Shown here: in pieces, positions 53,308 through 64,000 of the stretch | Layout: every line of letters begins with the position of its first letter | How positions within the stretch are numbered: position 1 is the stretch's first letter | Assembly (NCBI GenBank): GCA_051294375.1 | Contig: CM119267.1 | Location: 12,781,081 to 12,845,080 of the forward strand | Origin: Paraspadella gotoi | Taxonomy: Eukaryota; Animalia; Chaetognatha | DNA: 64,000 nucleotides | Direction: 5' to 3' | Notes under the pieces: generated by a model | What the model was told of the DNA's origin: nothing | What the model saw: the letters and a program-made list of their open reading frames with translations, nothing else | Database searches by the model: none | Translations under genes and position numbers: made by a program

Positions 53308-54859
53308 AAAATAAAAAATAAAAAAAAATATATATAATTTAAAGAAATAAAAGAAAGGCAAAAATATGTTACAATTGTTTACAATTGGAAATTTTTACAA
53401 TTTTTTCCAATCGCAGCTTGTAAAAGATTTTATTTTTATTTGTATTAAAATTAAGATATAGCTTCTCATTAAAAAGATATTTGGAGTTCCCATTTTTATT
53501 ATATTTTTAAAAATAAATTTTTGAATTTCATCTTCAATATTATATACTGCAATATTCCTTCGTCCCTCCTGGACACTTCCCATCCACGTGTATCTCACAG
53601 CCCGTGTACACTGATGGTAGGAGTCATACCCACGGAAACGATAACACATCCCCCATTTCATTCATGTTCTCTCTCCATGTGTAGCGGCCCTCTCAACAAG
53701 CGCTGACCTATTCATTGTAAATGAGAGTCCACGGTGGCACCCTTCTCGGCGCTCGAAGAATTTCCACCAGCTTTCTAGATTTATCAAGTAGAGTTGCACT
53801 GGCGAATGTCGCCCTTGCGGCGCAAGACGGGACCAAGTACCGCCTTTGTGAGCGCGCTGACGAAGCGGGACCCTCTTCTGTCTGTCCCATGGTACAGGTG
53901 ATTTCCGCGAAACCGTTTCAGAAATTCTGCTGTCCAAACGCCTGAGCGTTGAGGTGCCGCGATTAATCCCGCATCATTGAATGTCCTCGGTGCCCTTTCG
54001 TGGACATGAACCACTTGGATTCCTTGAGTTCTACCTCCTGGGGGGATGCCGATGCTCCAGAAGATCGAGTTTCGAACTCATAGTGTTTATTTTTTTCTTA
54101 TGTATTCCGATTCCGTTTATTTATTATTTTATTTAATTTTATTTAATTTATTTATTTCACGATTCAACAGTTTTAATTTTATTTATTTTTATTTAATTTT
54201 TATTTAATTTATTTTATTCACGATTCACAATTTATTTACTTTTTATAATTTGCCGTTTTTAATCATTAGTTTTTAATGATGTTGAAGCAGTAGCCGTTGA
54301 AAAGCAGTGAACAATCAGTAAACATAAGCAGATAAACACCGATCAGACCCTAGCAGCCGACCGCAGCCGGTATTCCAAACAGATAGGAATGTGAAATAGT
54401 ATATTAGAAGAGTTTAGAGGATCGCCTGTTGAAAATTTTTGAGAAAAGTTTGAGTATTGTTTTTTTGTAGTAAGTAATTTTCGACGAGGATTGTTCTGTA
54501 GGTAAGTATTTTCGAGTTAGTTTTTCAATAAAAAAAGAAAATTAAAATAATAATATAATCAATTATAAAAATAATATAATAAATAATTAAAAAATAAAAT
54601 AATAAAAAAAATAAATATATATAAAAAAAATTTAAAAAAAAAATCTATATAATCTTAAAAATAAAAGAAAGGCAAAATATGTTACAATTGCTTACAACTT
54701 TGGAATTTTTACAATTTTTTCAATCGCACTTGTAAAAGATTTATTTTTATTTGTATTAAAATTAAATATAGCTTCTCATTAAAAGATATTTGGGTCTCCC
54801 ATTTTTATATATGTTAAAAATAATTTTGAATTTCATCTTCAGATATTAGATACGCAATA

Positions 54860-57800
54860 TGTAAATTAGATTAAAGCATTTATTATACTAATTGGATTTA
54901 TATGGGTACTATTTTCATTTGCATATTACAGTAATCATAATGAAGTGGAATTCAACAAGAATACTTAATCAAATTTTTTATATGAAAAGTCACAGCTATT
55001 TTCAAGATGGAGAAGCGATATCTAAATTTAACTTCTATGATGACACTTGTCTTACTAAACTTCATGATTCTATCTTTTTATTAAAAAAACGTTAGTTCCA
55101 GCCAAAACATAAAAGCGCAGTAGTTTTTGATATAAAACAGCTTGCGACGACGACGACGACGGACGTACAAAGATAGCTCTTTAAACATTATAAGCCAGGA
55201 CCAGGCGTAAGCTAGTCCTGGCTCGATAATTAAATTATAAGTTATATTATCAATCAAACAATTTGATCAAATTAATAATTTAGAATTATTAAATATTAAC
55301 TGAATTTTATGATAAGAATTCGAAACCAAGTAAAATAGAACTGGTTTATTTAATGTAAATCGAGAAATGCGAGAGAAAAAATTACAATGCCTTTAAATGA
55401 ACTACTTTGTTATGAATAGGATTCGAAAGGTGAAAGAATTTTAGGCCGAAATATTATTACATTTTATGAATTAAAGGTTTTCCTTCGATCTTACTCTCTC
55501 TGATCCTGCTCTCAAAGTCTTATGGAAAAAAAACTTACTTGATTGTCAAAATGCTGATGAGATTCTCTCGCTACAGAGTCCAAACATGTCAGGACTGAAT
55601 AAACTTTCAATACTATTCGTTGTAAAATGATTTAAATGTTTATTTTCACTATAAAGAAACACAAGGTTCTGATTTAAGTTGTTTTACTAAATATCGAAAT
55701 TGGAAAAAAAATCTTAAAGCTAGGATCAAGCCATGATGATAGTCATTCATGATGCGATGATTCATTATCATCCTAATAACAATACATGGGTGTATGAGGA
55801 AGAGAGAGAGAGAGAGAGGAGAGGAGAGAGGCTGGATCAGTTTCCCGCCAAACGGGAAACGCAATCGATTTTTAGGGAAAATCCACGTTACGGATGACAT
55901 TTGGATTTTGTATTGAGAAAAAAGCGCCGGAAAAATGGCGATAATAAAAGTTTTTAGAAGGAAAAGAATGAGAGAGAAGACGAGAGAGAGAGAAAAGAGA
56001 GTAGCTGACAGCGCTGGACAGCGTGGACCGCCGCTGGACGCCGCTGCAGAGCTGAACATTTTCGTCATCGAATATGAAGTGACGAACTCTTTTTCCTCTC
56101 TATAAAAAAAATATTACAAAAATATTTGGGATATAGCCATAAAGAAATTTTCTTCTGAAATGTAATTATAATGTACAGAATTTTCGTTTGAGCATGTTCC
56201 TACTAAATTTTTGATTCCCCCACTTAGAGCCTACCCTATTCAGAAAAAATAACTTGTATAATGCTAAACTAAGTTCTATTAATAATATCACAAAATTATA
56301 TCCCTATTAACAAATGTCTTATAGTTGAAAAATACCTCAGTTACGATATGATTTTTGACTTCCAAATATTTTTTTCTAATTTTAAAAATTTATCGAATGA
56401 AATTTATTGATGTTCTTTTAGGAAAAACCAACCGCAGGTCAATTTATATATTGAATTATTAATTTATAAATAGTTTATCAAACTCAAATAACTTATATTT
56501 TAAAAAGTATAAAATGATTATTATACACTTAAAATATGTTATATTAATATGTATTTTCATGATAACAAAAAGTCAATGTTTAATTTTGCATTCTCTCTTA
56601 TTCAACTTCTATTTAGAATATATCTTCCCTGTGGGTCCACCGGTTCAAATTACAGAGATAAATTAAATACAAATTTATTTTTTTTAAATTAATGCATATT
56701 GTTCGACGAAAGTTGCTGCATTATATAATTAGTCACATTAGCTGATTTCATTAATGCAGTGTCATATATTATTCTTCACTTTTTTTAAATGTATCCACGG
56801 ATAATTCTCGGATTAATTTGGGATTTGATTGAGAAAAAGCCCCAATTAAAGTTTGTGAGAAAAAAAAACAAATCATTTTCAAAAAAGAACGTCACGCAAG
56901 AGATCGTAAAGAGAAAAGAGGACCAGAAAGAGAAAGAGAGAGAAGAGGACAAAAGCTGGACAGCTGCTGAAGGCGCTGATACAGTCATGCAAAAACTGAA
57001 ATCGCTTTTTCTGAATAAAAGAAAAAAGAATAAAAGAATAAAGAAAGGAAAATGTTACAATGTTCATGAATATTTTTATCCAATTTTTCCAATCGCAGCT
57101 TGTAAAAGATTATTTTATTTGTATTAAAATAAATTATATTCTCTTAAAATTATTATGAGTTCCCATTTTTAGGTTTAAAAAATTTTGATTCTCTTCAAAT
57201 TATATACTGCAATATGTAAATTAGATAAAAGCATTCTATATACTAATTCTGGTTGATAATGAGTACTATATCTCATTTGTATGAGTTAATTCTAATGAAG
57301 TTGGAAATTCAAACAAAATATACTTTAATCCAAATGTAATAAGAAAATATTCCAGCTAATTTCAGATGAGAAGCCAATCTAATTTTTAACATTACTATGA
57401 ATGCACACTTGTAAAACAAATAAAAAAAAAATTCATAAATCATTATAATTTAAATTTAAAAAACGGCAAGTCACAGCCAACTATACAGCGTAGTTAGTTA
57501 TTTTAACAACAGCGGTCGGCCGAATCTCTCCTCTAACGTAATATACCATAGTTATGTATGATAGAAGAATTCGCGTTCACGCTGTTTTTAAATAAAAACT
57601 ACTACGCTTTATAGTTTGGCTGTGACTTACGTTTTTTGTTAAATAAAATATTATTATGATTATGATAAAGTTTTACAAAGATAGTTCTGTAAGTTAAAAT
57701 TAGATATGGCTTTCATTCTGAATAGCTTTGATATTTTCATAACATTGGATAAGTATATTTTGTTTGAATTTCCACTTATTTATATTTACTGCAATAAAAA

Positions 57801-60455
57801 AATTAAAAAGCCAAATGAATAGATTATGTACTTTATACATATCCAAAATTAGTATATAGAATGCTTTAATCTAATTAATATTGCGTACTAAGTATTAAGA
57901 TGAATTCAAAATTGTTTTTTAATCGCTCTAATAATAAATGGGAAACTCATAATAATTTATGAGAAGCTATATCTTAATTTTAATAAAATAAAAAATAAAT
58001 TCTTTTACAAGCTGCGATTGGAAAAAATGAAAATTTCCAATGTAAACCATTGTAACATTTTTTGCCTTTCTTTTATTTTCTTTTTATTTCTGTATTCTTT
58101 TATTTCAGAAAAAGCGAGTTCAGTTCTGCAACTGACTGTACAGCGGGGCTTCAAGCAGCTGTCCAGTTTTCTCTCTGTTCTCTGCTCTTTCTCTTTCTGT
58201 CTCTTTCTCTCTTTACGATCTTGCGTGATCGTTTCTTTTTTTGAAAAATATGAATTGATGTTTTTTTTCTAAAACTTTATTCGGGCTTTTTCTCAATCAC
58301 GACAAATCCCAAATTTACATCGAGATTTTCGTGGATACATTTTTTACAAAAAAGTGAAGTAATAATTATATTGACATGCATTGTACATGTAAATCAGCTA
58401 GTGATTATTATATATGCAGCACTTTCGCGAACAATAGATTACATTAAAAAAAATAAACTTCTTGTATTTATATTATTGATAACTTTGAACCGGTTGGCCC
58501 ACCGTATGGCAATTTATCTAAATAGGAGTATACAGAGAGATATAGTCAAGATAACATATTTTTGTGTTATTCTGATAATTATACATTATTAAATTATAAA
58601 TACTTTTAGGTATCTATTTAATCTTTTTATCTTTTTTAATAATATTATGTTGAGTTGTTGTACTATTTTAAATTAATTAAATAGCAATATAATAGATTTG
58701 TACTTCGGTCTGGTTTCTTGCTCTAAAAAAAGAACAATTCAAAAAATTTCAATCAAGATTTTTCTAAAATTTTTAAAATGAGCGAAAAAAAAATATTGGA
58801 AGTTCAAAAATATCATTGTCGTAAACCTGAGTATTTCACTATAATTTTTGTCTAATAGGGATTATAATTTTTGGTCATTATTATATGAAAAGCGCATTTA
58901 GCTTATTCAAGTTTTTTTCCTTTCTGGATAGGGGTAGCCCTCTCATAATGGTGGTGGTGAATCAAAAATTTTAGTATGGGAACATGCTCAAACGAAAATT
59001 TATGCATTTTTAAGTTTACTTTCAGATGATACAAAGACAATTCTTATATGGCTCTATACCCAATATTTTATTCTTGTAATAATTTTTTAGAAAGGAAAAA
59101 GAGTGCCGGTCCCACTCATATTCGTCGGAAAATGAAGTTCAGCTCTGCAGCGGCGTCAGCGGGCGGTCCAGCGGCGTCCAGCAGGCCTGTTCCAGTGATC
59201 CTCTCTTTTCTCTCTCTCTCCCTCTCTCTCTCTCTTTTTTTCCTTCTAAAACTTTTATTATCGCTTACTTCCGCGCTTTTTTTTCTCAATACAAAAAGTC
59301 CCAAATTTACATCCGATATTTTCGTGCGAATTTGTTCTCCCTAAAATTTCTGATGGCTGTGTCGTTGGCGAGAAACTGTCCACCTCTCTCTCTCTCTCTC
59401 TCTCTCCTCTCTCATCCTTTCCACTCATGACGTCATTTGGTTTGTTTTATTTTAGGATGAGTGAATGTGGACTATCATTCGCATCAATGAGAGACTACAT
59501 CATGGCTTCGCCTTATGCTTTTAAGATTTTTTTATTTCCAATTTAGATATATTTATGTTAAAAACATCTTAAATCAGACTCTTGTTTCTTTTTGAGTATA
59601 AATAATACATATTTTAAATCTATTTTACAACGGCATAGTACTTTTGCAAAAGTTTATTAGTCTGATGATCTTTTGACTCTGTCGCTAGACTCCATCAGAA
59701 TTTTCGAAATCAATAAGTCTCTTTCTCACATTAGTTTGTTGAGAGGACAGGGAGAGAGAGAGAGTGAGATCGATGTGAAAATCTTTGAATTACAAAATGT
59801 AAATTAATATTTCGGGCCTAATTCCCTTCCTTTTCGAATTCCTATTCATAGAAACAATAGTTCATTTAAAAGGCACTTGTAATTTTGAATTCCTCTCTGC
59901 ATTTCTCTTGCCGATGTTACATTAAAATAATACTCACGTATCATTACTTTGGTTTCGAAGTTCTTTATCACTAAAAAATTCAGTATTATTTGATTAATTA
60001 TGCAATTTAACTAATAATTTGATGCAAAATGTTTGTTTTGATTTGATTATTACTTATTAATTAATTTTCGAGCCAGGACAGGCTTCGCCGGGGTCCTGCG
60101 TCTTAATGTTTTAGGGATTGCTTCTTTGTGCGTCAGTCGTCGTCAGTCGTCGTCACGCTGTGTTTATATAAAAACTATGCGCTTTTAGTTTTGGCTGACT
60201 TAACTTTTCTTTTTAAATAAAAATTATTTTGATATTACAATGAAGGTGTTTATAAAGCTTGTGCCATTAGTAAGTTAAAAGTTTAGATATGGCTTCTCAT
60301 CTTGAAATAGCTGTGTATTTTCATCATTACGATTTGGATTTACAGTATTTTTTGTTTGAATTTCCACTTATTATGATTTACGTAAATGCAAATGAGATTA
60401 CATAGTACTCATATAATATCTCAAATTATGCTATATAGAATCTTTATCTATTTAC
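54860..60455. other. ~2.7-kb-arm fold-back with indel-rich arms, centre ~57545 (probable missed-adapter long-read artefact)
   Basis: 54860-57523 is approximately the reverse complement of 57571-60455. The 47-nt centre ATCTCTCCTC..GTTATGTATGATAGAAGAAT resembles the SMRTbell hairpin adapter. Confidence 0.7.
55551..55593 (+). ncRNA. Hammerhead-like motif (in low-quality sequence)
   Basis: G-CTGATGA-GATTC-TCTCGCTACA-GAGTC-CAAAC-AT-GTC. A degraded mirror copy lies near 59660-59698. Confidence 0.45.
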
Positions 60456-61060
60456 ANNNNNNNNNNNNNNNNNNNNNNNNNNNNNNNNNNNNNNNNNNNN
60501 NNNNNNNNNNNNNNNNNNNNNNNNNNNNNNNNNNNNNNNNNNNNNNNNNNNNNNNNGTCTATCACTTAGTCCGACCTTAATAAAAAAAGACTGACATAAT
60601 TAAAAATACTGTAATATTAAAAATAGCCTATCTTGCTTTAAGATAATTATTAAATTAAAAATTCTTAAAGAGCAGTTTTTGAATAATTATTAAATTATTA
60701 TTAGCTATTTTAATTTAGTTTTTTTTAAGCTTTTTTATGATACTTATATAAACAATAATTGGTAAGATCATTAAGATCATTTGGATTATCTTAATTAAAC
60801 TAAAGCTGGTAAGGCTTATTTTCACGTTAGAATATTCTTAAATATATCAGTTTCTTCAAATTTTCAAGAGCTTTCAGAAGATATTAATATTGATACCTTT
60901 TTATATAAAAGTTTTTATTTGGAGAGAAAACAAAAATTTGTTATTTGATAACAATGGTTTTGTTGTTATTTAAATCGGACATTTTTTGACTCTAGGACTT
61001 CATAGTTTTTATTAGCATTAAATTTAAAAACAATTCAGTTTTGAAATATTGAGTTTGTAA

Positions 61061-61117
61061 ATTTAAATGCTGATGAAGACTCGAAAGTTATAGAATCGAA
61101 ACATGTCCGATTTAAAT
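61061..61117 (+). ncRNA. Minimal type-I hammerhead ribozyme, best-preserved copy
   Basis: ATTTAAATG-CTGATGA-A-GACTC-GAAAGTTATA-GAATC-GAAAC-AT-GTC^CGATTTAAAT. Cores are intact, helix I has ~9 bp with one bulge, helix III is palindromic, and cleavage is predicted after 61107. Confidence 0.72.
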
Positions 61118-62039
61118 AAAAACAAAATTATTGTTGTCAAATAATGAATTTTCGTTTTCTCTCTAAATAATTCAAAAAACAAAGAAAGGATTAATACAAT
61201 GTAAAAGTTTTTTAAAAAATGTTTATAAAGTTAGACGATAAAATTGAAAAAAAAGATTTGTTTTAAAATGAAAGACAATTTTTAAAGCAACTTTTTCAAG
61301 GTCATTAGCAAGTCAAATCATAACCAATAAATATAAAATTTGGATATATAAATGTTTTAGGTTTTTACTATAGAAAAAATCTTTCAGATTAAAAATATCT
61401 TCACAAGTTTGCAAATGACAATTTGAAGTTGAGACATGGGGATAAATACATCACCTGCGGGCTCTTCCCTCAAAACTAAACCCTAACCCAAGTTTCCCGT
61501 ACATCTCCATGCCTTTCCCCAACCCTAACCCAGGTCTAAGTCTCCCATACATTTCCATGCCTCAACCCTAACCACCTTCGANNNNNNNNNNNNNNNNNNN
61601 NNNNNNNNNNNNNNNNNNNNNNNNNNNNNNNNNNNNNNNNNNNNNNNNNNNNNNNNNNNNNNNNNNNNNNNNNNNNNNNNNGAGAGAGAGAGCGGCAGCA
61701 GCAGAGGCAGCCAGAAAAAAATTAAGAAATCAAAAGGAGCAGTAGAAGCAGCAGGAGAAAGAGAGAAAAAAGAAAAAGCCCCTGCAGAGCCAGCTTCAGA
61801 CTCGATTTTTTTCCGATGAATCAGCACTAAAAATGATCATAAAAATGGCGCAAGTTAAAAAAATGATTTAAGTTGAAAAATGAATGCGAATTGTAAAAAT
61901 GATGCAAATTGAAAAAATGATGTGAGTTGAAAAAATGATTTGAGTGAAAAAAATGATGATGTGAGTTGAAAAAATGATGCGAGTTAAAAAAATTTTTAAA
62001 AATTGTAATTTATCATCTGATTAGCTGATTACCTACTAT

Positions 62040-62218
62040 CAGGGATGTGGAGCCGACCTAATTTTGTCTCGCTCCGGCTCCGGCTCCAGCTCCAGGCCAA
62101 ATTTTTTTCCGGCTCCAGCTCCGGCTCCCAAGCAAAATTTTTTTTCGGCTCCGGCTCCGGCTCCGGCTCCATCAAAATTTCAACTCGGCTCCGGCTCCGG
62201 CTCCAACTCCGGCTCCAT
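62040..62218 (+). mobile_element. hAT-type MITE end with (GGCTCC)n sub-terminal repeats
   Basis: CAGGGATGTGGAGCCG followed by GCTCCG tandem units. It abuts a family-1 HINE fragment (61690-62033). Confidence 0.65.
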
Positions 62219-62494
62219 TACTATATATATAATTAAAATTTAAGAAATTAAATATTCATAATATATTCTTTAAATTATATAATTTATATTTTTATTATAA
62301 TTAATATTTATTATATTTATAATATATAATATATTTTAAATTAAAAAATATATTTATAATTAAAATTATATTAAAAATATTAAAATAAGCAAAATATTTT
62401 TTTATTTTTTGGTGACATCCTCACTTTTTGGTAATTTAATTGTAAATTATATTTAGCATTCTCATTATGGTGATTTTACTTAAAACTCAGATTA

Positions 62495-63215
62495 TGGTTA
62501 AGGTTAGGGTTGAATAGTTTAAGGTTAGATTAGGGTTGAGTTGGTTTGGTTTAGGGTTAAGGTTGAGTTTGTAATAATTAGGGTTAGGGTTGAGTAATTT
62601 AGGGTTAGGCTTAAAGTTAAGTAGTTTAAGGTTATGGTTAGGTTAATGTCAATTTTAAGGTAAAATTTAAACAAAAAGCCGGCATTAGGTTAAGGAAGGT
62701 ACGGCAATGGATATTAGGGAATAAAGTTGAGGTACGAATATATAAGGGAAGCCCGGTCCTGGGTTAAGGTTAGGGTTAGGAGAGAGGCATGAAGTTGAAT
62801 GGGAGGCCTGGGTTAGGGTAGGGGAGAGGCTTACTGTTGATGCATCAAAGGCGGATAGGGTTAGGGTTAAGGCACAGAGATATATGGAAGCCCAGGTCCG
62901 AGTTAGGGTTAGATTTGGGAGAAAAGCATGGAGTTGAACGAGAGGCTCGGGTTAGGGAAAAGCCCATGGTTGATGCATCAAAGGCAGTTAGGTTTGGGTT
63001 TAGGCACAGAGATGTACTGGAGGCCAGGGTCTGGTTAGGATTAGGGGAAGGAATGGAGTTAAACAAAGGCCCGGGTAAGGGTTAGGGTTAGGAAAGACAC
63101 AGTTAGCGAGTCGAAGGTGGTTAGGGTTGAGGCATGGAAATGTATGGGAGGCCTAGACCTGGGTTAGGGTAGGGGAAAAGCATGGAGATGTACGGGAAAC
63201 TTTGGTTAGGGTTTA
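62495..63215 (+). repeat. Degenerate TTAGGG-rich tract
   Basis: Repeated GGGTTAGGGTT/GGTTAAGGTT units separated by purine-rich spacers. CCCTAA mirror at 61475-61575. Confidence 0.75.
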
Positions 63216-63578
63216 GTTTTTGAGGGAAGAGCCCGCAGGTGATGTATTTATCCCCATGTCTCAACTTCAAATTGTCATTTGCAAACTTGTGAAGATATTT
63301 TTTAATCTGAAAGATTTTTTCTATAGTAAAAACCTAAAACATTTATATATCCAAATTTTATATTTATTGGTTATGATTTGACTTGATAATGACCAGGAAA
63401 AAGTTGCTTTAAAAATTGTCTTTCATTTTAAAACAAATCTTTTTTTTCAATTTTATCGTTTAACTTTATAAACATTTTTTAAAAAACTTTTACATTGTAT
63501 TAATCCTTTCTTTTTTGTTTTTTTGAATTATTTAAGAGAAAACGAAAATTCATATTTGACAAAAATAATTTTGTTTTT

Positions 63579-63635
63579 ATTTAAATCGGACATGTTTCGA
63601 TTCTATAACTTTCGAGTCTTCATCAGCATTTAAAT
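63579..63635 (-). ncRNA. Minimal type-I hammerhead ribozyme (inverted copy of 61061-61117)
   Basis: Reverse complement of 61061-61117. Confidence 0.7.
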
Positions 63636-64000
63636 TTACAAACTCAATATTTAATAAAAACTATGAAGTCCTAGAGTCAAAAAATGTCCGATTTAAATAA
63701 CAACAAAACCATTGTTATCAAATAACAAATTTTGTTTTCTCTCCAAATAAAAACTTTTATATAAAAAGGTATCAATATTAATATCTTCTGAAAGCTCTTG
63801 AAAATTTGAAGAAAATGATATATTTAAGAATATTCTAACGTGAAAATAAGCCTAACCAGCTTTAGTTTAATTAAGATAATCCAAATTGTAATAATAAAAT
63901 ACTAAAATAATTTTTTTTAAATATCTGACCTATTCTTACTATAATGATCTTACCAATTATTGTTTATATAAGTATCATAAAAAAGCTTAAGAAAAACTAA

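Larger units (their letters stand above)
60715..64000. repeat. ~870-bp near-identical inverted repeat (60715-61581 vs ~63110-64000)
   Basis: The arms match as reverse complements with a few indels and enclose a 100-N gap. Confidence 0.85.

Overview
This is AT-rich, repeat-dominated eukaryotic (probably invertebrate) DNA with (GA)n microsatellites, five N-gaps and no host gene I can confidently recognise. It is mostly nested, decayed mobile elements: a Penelope-like retroelement (RT plus C-terminal GIY-YIG, ~16.6-20.6 kb), a Tc1 transposase split by ~4 kb of nested insertions, LINE fragments, three hAT-type MITEs with exact 8-bp TSDs, and two families of DINE-1/HINE-like (non-autonomous Helentron) elements. 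The most interesting signals are (i) about ten dispersed minimal type-I hammerhead-ribozyme-like motifs with covarying helix II, tied to Penelope-type terminal sequence and sometimes in inverted pairs, (ii) a four-copy, highly structured ~200-240 bp element carrying a tRNA-like module but not built like a normal SINE, and (iii) a second tRNA-like module inside a 404-bp-period direct repeat. The 54.9-60.5 kb fold-back is most likely a long-read missed-adapter artefact. All calls come from reading the sequence by eye; no alignments or searches were run, and coordinates of decayed elements are approximate.
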